Assembly (NCBI GenBank): GCA_043742705.1
Contig: JAYTXY010000056.1
Span: 1-55,137 of the forward strand
Direction of reading: 5' to 3'
Length of the DNA stretch: 55,137 nt
From: Bacteroidota bacterium
GTDB lineage: Bacteria > Bacteroidota > Bacteroidia > AKYH767-A > 2013-40CM-41-45
Of this stretch, positions 27,930 to 36,986 are shown one piece after another; the first letter of the stretch is position 1; each line of letters opens with the position of its first letter. The notes beneath the pieces are model-generated. The model was not told where the DNA came from, ran no database searches, and worked only from the letters and a program-made list of their open reading frames with translations. The translations under genes were made by a program, and so were the position numbers.

Positions 27930-29741
27930 TTATTGAAGAGAAGAACCTTTCGGATGAAAAAAAAGATATACAATTGTTGTTTTCGATTTACCAATCGTTG
28001 CTTCCAATTCTTCAATAGTCGCTTCCTTTATTTTCTTCACCGACTTAAAATGCCTGAGCAATTCTTCCGCTGTTTTTTCTCCGATTCCTTTAATCTCTGA
28101 TAGTTCTGTTTTCACTACACCTTTACTTCTCCGATTCCGGTGGTGCGTGATTCCGAAACGGTGAACTTCATCACGTAACTGCTGAATGATATGAAGCGTC
28201 TGACTTTTCTTATCAATGTACAACGGAACAGAATCTCCCGGATAATAAATTTCTTCAAGTCGCTTTGCAATTCCAATGACAGCAATCTTCCCGACCAGAT
28301 TCAATTTTTCTAAACTTGTCATCGCAGAACTTAATTGTCCTTTGCCGCCATCAATTACAATGAGTTGAGGAAGCTCCATTGCTTCATCGATCATCCGTTT
28401 ATACCTGCGATACACCACTTCTTCCATGGAAGCGAAATCATCCGGACCTTCCACAGTTTTAATGTTAAAATGGCGATAATCCTTCTTGCTCGGTTTTCCG
28501 TTTTTGAAAACACTCATCGCTGCAACAGGATAAGCTCCCTGGAAATTTGAGTTGTCGAAACATTCAATGTGTCGTGGCAATTCGGACAAGCGTAAATCCT
28601 TTTTCATTTGTTCCATCAGCTTCAAGACTTTGTTCTCAGGATTTTGTTTCTCCTGTTGAAGTTCTTTCTCCCGCATGTAATTGATAACATTCTTTTCAGA
28701 GAGTAATAACAAGTGCCTTTTATCTCCGATTTTTGGAACAGTAAAAACCAGTGAAGCATCTTCCATCTGCATTTCGAAAGGAACAAGAATTTCTGTTGCA
28801 TCACTTTGAAAGCGTGTACGCAAATCAGCGATGGCAATTTCCAAAAGTTCCTCTGGAGTCTCATCCAACTTTCGTTTCAGTTCAATAGTATGTCCCTGGA
28901 TGATTGAACCGTTCATCACTTTTAAAAAGTTTACGTAACCATAATCGTCTTCTGTTTTGATGGAGAAGACATCTACGTTATGAATGGCAGGATTCACCAC
29001 GACTGACTTGCTTCTGAATTTTTCCAGCAACTCCAGTTTCTCTTTGACAAGATGAGCGTCTTCAAATTTCATTTCCGTTGAAAACTGCTGCATCATTTCC
29101 TTCAGGTGATTGATGACCGAGCTGATGTTCCCTTTCAGAATGCTCCGAATTTCTTTAATGCTTTGTTCGTACTCGTCAAACGATTGCAATCCTTCGCATG
29201 GACCTTTGCAATTGCCGAGATGAAACTCCAGACACACTTTGAATTTTTTCTTTAAAATATTTTCTTCTGATAAATTCAGCGCGCAGTTGCGTAACTTGTA
29301 AAGCTGTGTAATCATATCCAATAACATGTGGACCATCTTCACCGAAGTATATGGACCGAAATATTCCGAACCGTCACGAATGAGTTTACGTGTGGAAAAA
29401 ATTCGTGGGAAACGTTCCTTCTTTATGCATATCCACGGAAATGTTTTGTCGTCTTTCAGGTTTGCATTGTAACGTGGTTGATATTTTTTGATAAGATTAT
29501 TTTCCAGCAACAACGCATCCATTTCCGTATCAACAACAATTGTTTTGATGTCGGCAATTTTTCTGACAAGCATCGTTGTTTTTCCACTCTCATGTCGGTC
29601 TTTTTGAAAATAGCTGCTGACGCGCTTCTTCAGCGACTTCGCTTTCCCTACATAAATTATCTTACCGTCTTTATCAAAATACTGATAGACTCCGGGTTTA
29701 TCGGGAAGGGTGGAAAGGATGGATTCGATTTGAGTGCTCAC
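27930..29741 (-). CDS. uvrC: Excinuclease ABC subunit C
   Basis: GIY-YIG N-terminus (GVYQYFDKDGKIIYVGKAKSLKKRVSSY), UVR domain, endonuclease V-like domain and C-terminal HhH2. The start is GTG. Confidence 0.93.
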   Translation of the reverse strand: MSTQIESILSTLPDKPGVYQYFDKDGKIIYVGKAKSLKKRVSSYFQKDRHESGKTTMLVRKIADIKTIVVDTEMDALLLENNLIKKYQPRYNANLKDDKTFPWICIKKERFPRIFSTRKLIRDGSEYFGPYTSVKMVHMLLDMITQLYKLRNCALNLSEENILKKKFKVCLEFHLGNCKGPCEGLQSFDEYEQSIKEIRSILKGNISSVINHLKEMMQQFSTEMKFEDAHLVKEKLELLEKFRSKSVVVNPAIHNVDVFSIKTEDDYGYVNFLKVMNGSIIQGHTIELKRKLDETPEELLEIAIADLRTRFQSDATEILVPFEMQMEDASLVFTVPKIGDKRHLLLLSEKNVINYMREKELQQEKQNPENKVLKLMEQMKKDLRLSELPRHIECFDNSNFQGAYPVAAMSVFKNGKPSKKDYRHFNIKTVEGPDDFASMEEVVYRRYKRMIDEAMELPQLIVIDGGKGQLSSAMTSLEKLNLVGKIAVIGIAKRLEEIYYPGDSVPLYIDKKSQTLHIIQQLRDEVHRFGITHHRNRRSKGVVKTELSEIKGIGEKTAEELLRHFKSVKKIKEATIEELEATIGKSKTTIVYLFFHPKGSSLQ

Positions 29742-29885
29742 AGAAACAAAGGTGAAAAGAATTTTGAAACTAGCTCACTTTTGATCAGATTATGAAATAT
29801 TAAATAAAACATTCACCAGCAATAATGCTCTGATTAGCTCACCGTCAACCCTCAATCTTGTGCGGAACACATTTCTCGCACACCA

Positions 29886-30275
29886 CTAATCTATCTTGAA
29901 AAAGAATGCTGTCAATAAAGAAACGAAACTTAAAAAAATAAAAAGTAGAACCATTGAATAGGTCTTCCATCTATTTTGTGGTAGGCTTAAATAGCTAAAT
30001 TTTGGTAAGAGTTTTTGAAATTTCCCGTTTCTAATAAATATAAAATAATTAACGAACATTGGAAGTAAAGCACAAATCAGTGTTATTGATTTTAGCTTAT
30101 TATCAAAATACAATATTTTGAATACGACTGTTTTCAATGAAATCAGAATTACTATCCAGTAAAAATTAAGAATATACTGTGCATTTAATTGGGGACTATT
30201 CTTTTCACCCAAATTATATGCTGTCCAATAACCACAAAAGAATAGATAATAATAGAGATCGGTTACCCTCTTCAT
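29886..30275 (-). CDS. Hypothetical small membrane protein, 129 aa, in a markedly AT-rich segment
   Basis: Four hydrophobic segments. The start lies 2 nt downstream of the stop of the M28 peptidase gene. No recognisable motif. Confidence 0.55.
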   Translation of the reverse strand: MKRVTDLYYYLFFCGYWTAYNLGEKNSPQLNAQYILNFYWIVILISLKTVVFKILYFDNKLKSITLICALLPMFVNYFIFIRNGKFQKLLPKFSYLSLPQNRWKTYSMVLLFIFLSFVSLLTAFFFKID

Positions 30276-30277
30276 AA

Positions 30278-31657
30278 TTAGAGACCGTAAAAGGACAGCA
30301 AATAAATCAACGAAGTCATCGCAGCAGTTCCAAGATGTAATTCGCGCTTGTTCACGTTTTCGATAACATCGGTTGCTGCATGATGAATTTCAAAGTAACG
30401 CTGCGAGTCAACCTGCAAACCTATACCGGGAAGTTTTCCATCTTCCGTCATCGGTGAAATATCTGCGCCATCACCGTCTCCTCCCCAATGCCAGATCAGG
30501 TAAGGAAGAAAGAGATCTTTCCATAGGAGAATTTTTTCCTTTTTTTCAGCGTTCATGTTTAATCCAAATCCGTATGGAGTAAATCCTCCCGCATCGCTTT
30601 CAATTGCCACAATATGTTTCTCGTGATTTTTCTCAGCGAGTTCTGCATATTTTTTTCCTCCACACAAACCGTTTTCTTCATTCATAAACGCAACACAGCG
30701 AATCGTTCGTTTTGGTTTGATGTGTAATGTTTTGAAAAGCCGCAGCACTTCCATCGACTGAACAACTCCGGCTCCGTCATCGTGCGCGCCTTTTCCGGTC
30801 TCCCATGAATCGAGATGTCCGCCAACCACAATAATTTCTTCCGGATGTTCTGTTCCTTTTATTTCTCCGATCACGTTGTAAGATAAAACGCTGTCCTCGA
30901 AATGGCAATTTTGTTTCAGGAAAAACTTTGTTTTGGGATCTGCTTTCAAAATCCTACTGAGAAGATTTGCTCCGTTCGTGCTGATCGCAGCACAAGGAAT
31001 TTCAGGAAGTGAATCATTGTATCGCTGCGCTCCCGTGTGCGGAAAATCATTGTCAGATGTTGACATGCTTCTCACGATTGATGCAACTGCTCCGTAACGT
31101 GAGGCTTCGCTTGCTCCGATGTAACGGTATTTTGCCGCTTCTCCATACGCTTCAAAAGTGTTTACAAAAGTCTGGTCAAACGGGTGGTTGTAGAAAACGA
31201 TTTTTCCTTTTATCTTTTCTGTTCCCAGTTTTTTTAATTCATCATAATCATGCACTTCAATAATCGCTGCCGTAATTCCGCTTTTTGCAGTTCCGATACT
31301 CATACCCAAAGCTGTTACAGGAACTTCCTGCCTCGCTCCATTCGACTGAATGATTTCTCCTTTTTCTTTTTCTCCGCGGACCCAATGCGGAACCATGACT
31401 TCCTGCAGCCACACGGAATCAGCGCCTGTCTCTTTCATTTTTTTTTCCGTCCACTTCACTGCCATTGCTGCTTGAGGAGATGCCGTCAATCGTGCACCAA
31501 TTCTCTCTGTCAGATCATACAGCCAGTAATATCCTTTACCATTCAGCAACTCTTCGTTGTAAATTCTCTTTAGCGTTGCGGAATCTGATTGAGAAAACAA
31601 ATCGTGAAAAGATAAGACACCAAAAATAAATATGAAGATTGGAAATATTTTTCTCAT
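30278..31657 (-). CDS. M28 family aminopeptidase with PA domain (secreted)
   Basis: 459 aa with a signal peptide. Contains GGHLDSW, AHDDGAGV, FMNEENGLCGG and IESDAGG motifs. Confidence 0.88.
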   Translation of the reverse strand: MRKIFPIFIFIFGVLSFHDLFSQSDSATLKRIYNEELLNGKGYYWLYDLTERIGARLTASPQAAMAVKWTEKKMKETGADSVWLQEVMVPHWVRGEKEKGEIIQSNGARQEVPVTALGMSIGTAKSGITAAIIEVHDYDELKKLGTEKIKGKIVFYNHPFDQTFVNTFEAYGEAAKYRYIGASEASRYGAVASIVRSMSTSDNDFPHTGAQRYNDSLPEIPCAAISTNGANLLSRILKADPKTKFFLKQNCHFEDSVLSYNVIGEIKGTEHPEEIIVVGGHLDSWETGKGAHDDGAGVVQSMEVLRLFKTLHIKPKRTIRCVAFMNEENGLCGGKKYAELAEKNHEKHIVAIESDAGGFTPYGFGLNMNAEKKEKILLWKDLFLPYLIWHWGGDGDGADISPMTEDGKLPGIGLQVDSQRYFEIHHAATDVIENVNKRELHLGTAAMTSLIYLLSFYGL

Positions 31658-31720
31658 TGTTGAATGCTTTATTATCCAAAAGTAAAATTTTAACCGACAA
31701 ATTCAATAGATAAAAACATG

Positions 31721-31844
31721 TTCTCCTGCATGGTCATGCAGGAGAAGGCTTCTCACAAAGTCATTCAGGAGGAAGCTATTCAAAAAGTGGTAGTCGTGTT
31801 AATGTTGATACAATTAATCAAAAAGATTCCTCCTGAATGACTTT
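31721..31844. repeat. Compound palindromic element of the gtcatKcaggag family, copy 1
   Basis: Hairpin ttctcctgcatg-gt-catgcaggagaa lies at 31721-31746. A perfect 18-bp inverted repeat follows: aaagtcattcaggaggaa (31757-31774) and ttcctcctgaatgacttt (31827-31844). Confidence 0.75.
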
Positions 31845-31885
31845 CGAAATCAATATTGTAGTGAAAACCGAATATTATTCAATAT

Positions 31886-32551
31886 TCAATTTTCTGCAAT
31901 AGGTTCCTGCAAAGAAGTTTCTACGGATGAAGTCGGCTCAGCATCTTCCGCCTTCTTCTCATGCTTGTAAAACTTCTTCTGAAAAATTAAGAGCAGAGCA
32001 ACGCCTACTGTAATGGAAGAATCTGCTATGTTGAAGACTTCACGGAAAAACGAAAACTGTTGTCCGCCCCAAACAGGAGACCATTGCGGGAAATGCCCAT
32101 CAAACAACGGGAAGTAAAACATGTCCACTACTCTGCCATGAAATAAATGCGAGTAACCGCCTTCAGCGGGAAAAAGTGTTGCCACTCCTGCATTGCTCTC
32201 TGAAAACATCAGTCCATAAAAAATGCTGTCAATAATGTTTCCGATGGCGCCTGCAAACACAAGTGAAAAACAAACGATCAATCCTTTGTGAGCATTGGTT
32301 TTGATAAGCCGCAAAAGATACCAGCCAATTCCGAAAACCAGAACAATGCGGAAAATGCTGAGAAAAAGTTTTCCAAAACTTCCGCCAAACTCTAGGCCGA
32401 AAGCCATGCCGTTATTTTCCGTAAAGTGAATGAGAAACCAATTACCAAAAACATGAAACTCCTGGCCGAGGTACATGTGCGTCTTGATCCAGATTTTAAC
32501 GACCTGGTCAATGAGCAGAATCAAAAAAATAATAAGGAGTGATTTTCTCAA
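31886..32551 (-). CDS. lspA: Lipoprotein signal peptidase II
   Basis: Contains ENNGMAFGL and FNIADSSITVG motifs and 4 TM segments. The start appears to be TTG. The C-terminal ~30 aa tail is extra. Confidence 0.88.
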   Translation of the reverse strand: MRKSLLIIFLILLIDQVVKIWIKTHMYLGQEFHVFGNWFLIHFTENNGMAFGLEFGGSFGKLFLSIFRIVLVFGIGWYLLRLIKTNAHKGLIVCFSLVFAGAIGNIIDSIFYGLMFSESNAGVATLFPAEGGYSHLFHGRVVDMFYFPLFDGHFPQWSPVWGGQQFSFFREVFNIADSSITVGVALLLIFQKKFYKHEKKAEDAEPTSSVETSLQEPIAEN

Positions 32552-32625
32552 TTTCGAATTGCGGATTTTAAATTGCGGATTGAGGAGATATTAATTCGCA
32601 ATTTAAAATCCGAAATCCGCAATTG
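32552..32625. repeat. Intergenic hairpin with duplicated aattgcggat(ttt) units (lspA start / dksA-like stop)
   Basis: The left arm is cgaattgcggattttaaattgcggatt. The right arm is aattcgcaatttaaaatccgaaatccgcaatt. They are imperfect reverse complements, and the loop is gaggagatatt. Confidence 0.65.
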
Positions 32626-32640
32626 GTTGAAATGAAAAAC

Positions 32641-33435
32641 TCAGTCTCTGTATTGATTGAGCTTCGCTTCAATACTTTGCGTGGTATGCGGAACAGCGCG
32701 CAAACGTTCTTTCGGAATCAACTTGCCTGTTACGCGGCAAATTCCGTAGGTTTTATTTTCAATTCTCACCAATGCGTTTTCCAATTGCTCAATGAATTTC
32801 CGCTGGCGGCTTGCAAGCTGTCCTGCTTCTTCCTTTGCAAGACTGTCTGAACCGTCTTCCAACATTTTAAATGTGTTGGCTGTATCGTCAGTGCCATGCT
32901 CATTCGCACTGGTAAGTTGTGCCTGAAGAGTAACGAGTTCTTTTCTTGCTGCTTCCAGTTTTTTATTAATGATGGCTCTGAATTCTTCCAGTTCCATATC
33001 AGAATATCTTGTCTTGTTCGGATCTGCCGGAGTATGCTTTCTGATGATCCGAACGTTTTCACGTTCTCTCTTGTATGGTATTTTACCAACAGTTACCGGT
33101 GGTTTTGCAGGCGCAACGGTTGCAGGTTTTTTAACAACTACTTCTTTTGGTGCAACCTGTTTTGGCGCAGCTGCTTTTGCAACAGGCTTCACTTTTACAG
33201 GTGCTGCTTTCTTAACTACTTTTTGTTTTGCTTTCGCAACAGGTTTTGCCTTTGCCTTTGCCTTTGCTTTTACTTTTACTTTTGGTTTAGCTTTCGCAAC
33301 AACTTTAGCTTTGGGCTTGGCTTTGGATTTAACTTTTGTTTTCACCGCAACTTTTTTCTTCACTACCTTTTTAGCAACAGCTTTTTTTGCCGGCTTTGAT
33401 TTCGGTTTCGCTTTCGACTTGTTCGTTTTTTTCAT
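32641..33435 (-). CDS. DksA/TraR-family protein with a ~135-aa N-terminal histone-H1-like Lys/Ala/Pro/Val-rich extension
   Basis: The C-terminal 125 aa (KTRYSDMELEEF...IENKTYGICRVTGKLIPKERLRAVPHTTQSIEAK) match the Bacteroidota DksA/TraR protein usually found next to ileS. The N-terminus consists of KAKPKAK/AKKVVKK repeats. ATG at 33435 is preferred over TTG at 33441. Confidence 0.8.
   Translation of the reverse strand: MKKTNKSKAKPKSKPAKKAVAKKVVKKKVAVKTKVKSKAKPKAKVVAKAKPKVKVKAKAKAKAKPVAKAKQKVVKKAAPVKVKPVAKAAAPKQVAPKEVVVKKPATVAPAKPPVTVGKIPYKRERENVRIIRKHTPADPNKTRYSDMELEEFRAIINKKLEAARKELVTLQAQLTSANEHGTDDTANTFKMLEDGSDSLAKEEAGQLASRQRKFIEQLENALVRIENKTYGICRVTGKLIPKERLRAVPHTTQSIEAKLNQYRD
33248..33283. 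repeat. In-frame hexamer microsatellites inside the Lys-rich extension of the DksA-like gene
   Basis: (gccttt)x3 then (ttttac)x2, encoding KAKAKAKAKVKVK on the minus strand. Confidence 0.8.
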
Positions 33436-33478
33436 AAGCAAAAGGGGTTGATTAAATACTGCAATCTCACTTTACAGG

Positions 33479-36400
33479 TCAATTTACCCGCAAAGCTTCG
33501 TTCTTTTTAATGGATATAGTTGTTCGTAAATCTTCGTCAACCTCAATGTTGACAGCATCTTTGTCATTTAATGAATCAACAAATTCAAGCGAAGTCGCTA
33601 AAATTTCCGCGCAAATATATACTTTATTATTTAATATGGAGGTCTTGATGGCTGCGTGATTCAGGACTTTCAGGTCGATTTTATCGGTCACTTCAAAACC
33701 CTTGTCTTTTCGTAAATTCTGAATCCTGTTAACGAATTCCCGGGCTATTCCTTCTTCCCGAAGTTGCTCATCAATTTTGATGTCGAGCGCAACAGTCAAC
33801 TTGCCTTCCGTGGCGACTTCCCATCCCGGAATGTCTTCGGAGAGGATTTCAACGTCTTCTTCTGAAAGAGATACAATTGTACCGTTCACCTGCAGATCAA
33901 ATTTTTTCTCCGCTTCTAACTGAAGAATATCTTCCTGTGAAAAATTCTGAACAGCTGCGGCAACATCTTTCATCAGTGCTCCGACTTTTTTTCCAAGTAC
34001 TTTAAAATTAGGTTTGATTTTCTTGACAAGAATTCCGGAAGTGTCTGTGATGTATTCAACTTGCTTCACATTTACTTCTGCAAGAATTAATTCTTTTATC
34101 GAATCTACTTTCGACTGAAACGATTTATCCAAAACAGGAACAAGGATTTTATTCAAAGGCTGACGAACACGGATATTTACTTTCTTTCGTAAAGACAATA
34201 CCATCGAAGAAATTTTCTGCGCCAGTTCCATTCGTTCTTCAAGCAACTTATCAATCAGTTGATCGTTGCTCACAGGAAAATCTCCAAGATGAACAGAAGA
34301 AACATTTTTCCGCTTTGCGATGTTGTTCAGATCCGTAAACAAACGATCGGAATAAAACGGTGCCACCGGTGACATCAGCAATGCAATGCTTTCAAGACAT
34401 GTGTACAACGTTTGGTAAGCAGCAGTTTTATCTTCTGAATAATCTCCTTTCCAGAATCTTCTCCGGCACAAACGAACGTACCAATTACTCAGGTGCTCCG
34501 TTACAAAATCCTGGATGGCGCGTGTAGCTTTTGTGGGTTCGTAATCTGCATAGCATTCATCCACGAATTTGATGAGTGAATTCAACTCTGATAAAATCCA
34601 TCGATCAATTTCAGGTCGTGCTGAAACAGGAATTTCCTTTTCAGCATACGCGAATCCGTCAATGTTTGCATACAATGCAAAAAAGGAATACGTGTTGTAA
34701 AGTGTTCCGAAAAATTTTCGCTGCACTTCACCGATTCCATCCACATTAAATTTCAGGTTGTCCCACGGCTGCGCATTGCTGATCAGGTACCATCGTGTTG
34801 CATCAGGTCCGTATTTCTCAATCGTCTCAAACGGATCAACAGCATTGCCTAAACGCTTCGACATTTTATTTCCGTTCTTGTCGAGTACCAAACCGTTACT
34901 CACCACATTTTTGAAAGCAACGGAATCGAACAACATCACAGCAATCGTATGAAGTGTGAAAAACCATCCGCGTGTCTGGTCAACTCCTTCAGCAATAAAA
35001 TCTGCGGGGAAAGCCCCTCCCTGACCCTCCCCAAAAGGGAGGGAACGAGGTTCTCCCATATAATGGTATTGTGCATACGGCATGGCACCGCTGTCGAACC
35101 ACACATCGATGAGATCCGCCTCACGGATCATTTTCTTTCCTGAATCAGAAACCAAAATAATGTTGTCGACATAAGGACGATGTAAATCAAAATCCGGTTT
35201 TGATGCATCCACATGTTCAAGATGAGATTTGTCCATGAACCCTGCAGCGATGGATTTCTCAATTTCCTTTTTCAATTCTTCAATGGAGCCAATGCATTTT
35301 TCTTCCTTCAAATCTTCGGTTCTCCAGATCGGAAGCGGAATTCCCCAAAAGCGTGAACGGGATAAATTCCAGTCGACCAAATTTTCAAGCCAGTTTCCAA
35401 AACGACCAGTTCCCGTGGACTCAGGTTTCCAGTTAATGGTTTTATTAAGTTCAATAAGTCTGTCCTTCGCTGCCGTTGTTTTGATGAACCATGAATCCAG
35501 CGGATAATAAAGAACAGGTTTATCAGTGCGCCAGCAATGCGGATAGCTGTGTTCGTACTTCTCAACTTTGAATGCTTTGTTTTCTTTTTTCAGTTTGATG
35601 GAAATGCGTTCATCCACCGATAAATATTTTTCTCCGCCTTGTTTCTTTCGTTCTGCTTCCTTTTCTTCTTCTGTTAAGTATTGTTCTTTCACATACTCAT
35701 TCGCAAAGTCTGTTACTTCAGAAACGAAGCGTCCTTGCTTGTCAACGAGCGTGAGTGAGCCTAAACCATTTTGTTTTGCTGTGCGAAAATCGTCTGCGCC
35801 AAAACTCGGAGCGATGTGAACGATTCCTGTTCCGTCTTCTGTCGTTACAAAATCTCCAAGCACCACTTTGAATGCTTCGCCATCGTTCGGCTTCACATAC
35901 GGAAGTAATTGATCGTAACGAATTCCTTCGAGTTCTTTTCCTTTAAATTCTGCAATGACTCTATATGGTATCAGCTTGTCGCCTTCTTTGTAATCTTCCA
36001 GTTTCAATTCAACATTCTTCTCTGAAAAATATTTTCCAAAAAGATCATTCGCAAGAATAACCGTGATCGGTTTGTGCGTATATTGATTAAACGTTTTTAC
36101 AGCGACATACGGAATGTCTTTCCCAACAGCAAGTGCAGTGTTCGAAGGTAGCGTCCATGGTGTGGTCGTCCAGGCAAGAAAAAATAAATCTCCTTCCAGC
36201 CCAACCAACTGAGAACTGTTGACTACAGATCGCACCTGAAATTGCGCAACAACGGTTGTATCTCTCACCATTTTGTACGTTCCCGGCTGATTCAGTTCAT
36301 GCGAACTCAATCCTGTTCCTGCTGCAGGAGAATATGGTTGAATGGTATATCCTTCGTACAACAATCCTTTCTTGTAAAGTTCCTTCAGCAAATACCAGCA

Positions 36401-36877
36401 GGTTTCGATGTAGTTGTTTTCAAACGTCACATACGGATGTTCGAGATCAACCCAATAACCCATCTTACGTGTGAGATCATCCCACACGTTTTTATATTTC
36501 ATGACTTCCTTGCGGCAAGCCTTGTTATAATCTTCAATCGAAATTTTTTTTCCGATGTCTTCCTTACGAATGCCCAATGTTTTCTCCACACTCAGTTCAA
36601 TCGGTAACCCGTGTGTATCCCATCCGCCTTTGCGTTTCACCTGGAAACCTTTCAATGTTTTGTAACGGCAGAAAATATCTTTGATCGCACGCGCCATCAC
36701 GTGATGAATGCCGGGCAAACCATTCGCTGATGGCGGACCTTCATAAAACGTAAAAGCAGGTTTACCTTCGCGGGTCGTCACACTTTGCTCAAAAGTTCTT
36801 TCCTTGTCCCATCGCAGCAATTCTTCTTTGCCGACAGAACCAAGATCAAGCTGTTTATATTCTCTGTACTTACTCAT
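33479..36877 (-). CDS. ileS: Isoleucine--tRNA ligase (long, type 2)
   Basis: 1132 aa. Contains PSANGLPGIHHVMARA (HIGH region), the editing CP1 domain, KMSKRLGN (KMSKS) and FPADFIAEGVDQTRGWF. Confidence 0.95.
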   Translation of the reverse strand: MSKYREYKQLDLGSVGKEELLRWDKERTFEQSVTTREGKPAFTFYEGPPSANGLPGIHHVMARAIKDIFCRYKTLKGFQVKRKGGWDTHGLPIELSVEKTLGIRKEDIGKKISIEDYNKACRKEVMKYKNVWDDLTRKMGYWVDLEHPYVTFENNYIETCWYLLKELYKKGLLYEGYTIQPYSPAAGTGLSSHELNQPGTYKMVRDTTVVAQFQVRSVVNSSQLVGLEGDLFFLAWTTTPWTLPSNTALAVGKDIPYVAVKTFNQYTHKPITVILANDLFGKYFSEKNVELKLEDYKEGDKLIPYRVIAEFKGKELEGIRYDQLLPYVKPNDGEAFKVVLGDFVTTEDGTGIVHIAPSFGADDFRTAKQNGLGSLTLVDKQGRFVSEVTDFANEYVKEQYLTEEEKEAERKKQGGEKYLSVDERISIKLKKENKAFKVEKYEHSYPHCWRTDKPVLYYPLDSWFIKTTAAKDRLIELNKTINWKPESTGTGRFGNWLENLVDWNLSRSRFWGIPLPIWRTEDLKEEKCIGSIEELKKEIEKSIAAGFMDKSHLEHVDASKPDFDLHRPYVDNIILVSDSGKKMIREADLIDVWFDSGAMPYAQYHYMGEPRSLPFGEGQGGAFPADFIAEGVDQTRGWFFTLHTIAVMLFDSVAFKNVVSNGLVLDKNGNKMSKRLGNAVDPFETIEKYGPDATRWYLISNAQPWDNLKFNVDGIGEVQRKFFGTLYNTYSFFALYANIDGFAYAEKEIPVSARPEIDRWILSELNSLIKFVDECYADYEPTKATRAIQDFVTEHLSNWYVRLCRRRFWKGDYSEDKTAAYQTLYTCLESIALLMSPVAPFYSDRLFTDLNNIAKRKNVSSVHLGDFPVSNDQLIDKLLEERMELAQKISSMVLSLRKKVNIRVRQPLNKILVPVLDKSFQSKVDSIKELILAEVNVKQVEYITDTSGILVKKIKPNFKVLGKKVGALMKDVAAAVQNFSQEDILQLEAEKKFDLQVNGTIVSLSEEDVEILSEDIPGWEVATEGKLTVALDIKIDEQLREEGIAREFVNRIQNLRKDKGFEVTDKIDLKVLNHAAIKTSILNNKVYICAEILATSLEFVDSLNDKDAVNIEVDEDLRTTISIKKNEALRVN
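35012..35059 (-). repeat. In-frame palindromic insert-like segment in ileS encoding MGEPRSLPFGEGQGGA
   Basis: The coding strand reads tccctcccttttggggagggtcagggaggggct (stem ccctccc/gggaggg). The 33-nt core at 35012-35044 is very similar to 54619-54650 in aspS. Confidence 0.6.
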
Positions 36878-36910
36878 AAAGCAGTATCACACGGGTTTGA
36901 AAAAGGTCAG

Positions 36911-36918
36911 CAAAAGTA
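36911..36918 (-). promoter_or_regulatory. Candidate -7 promoter box for ileS
   Basis: The minus strand reads TACTTTTG, matching TAnnTTTG, 34 nt upstream of the ileS ATG. Confidence 0.45.
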
Positions 36919-36986
36919 AGCATTTAAGACGTAGTTTCAGCAATGAAAAACAAGTAGTGCTTCGGTTTGATTATTATGCAATCGCT

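Noticed and set aside
30470-30500. A cctcccc-containing segment in the M28 peptidase gene (WGGDGDGADISP) as another palindromic insert.
   Set aside because: It has no hairpin symmetry and does not align with the ileS/aspS core. It is probably ordinary coding sequence.
33240-33300. Tandem short repeats that could superficially suggest a repeat array or CRISPR.
   Set aside because: The units are 6 nt, in frame, have no spacers, and lie inside a CDS. They are coding microsatellites for KAKAKV repeats.
32896-33451. Two Phe/Cys-rich plus-strand ORFs (167 and 160 aa).
   Set aside because: They are antisense readings of the aaa/gca-rich Lys/Ala repeat of the DksA-like gene, and their low-complexity composition is an artefact.
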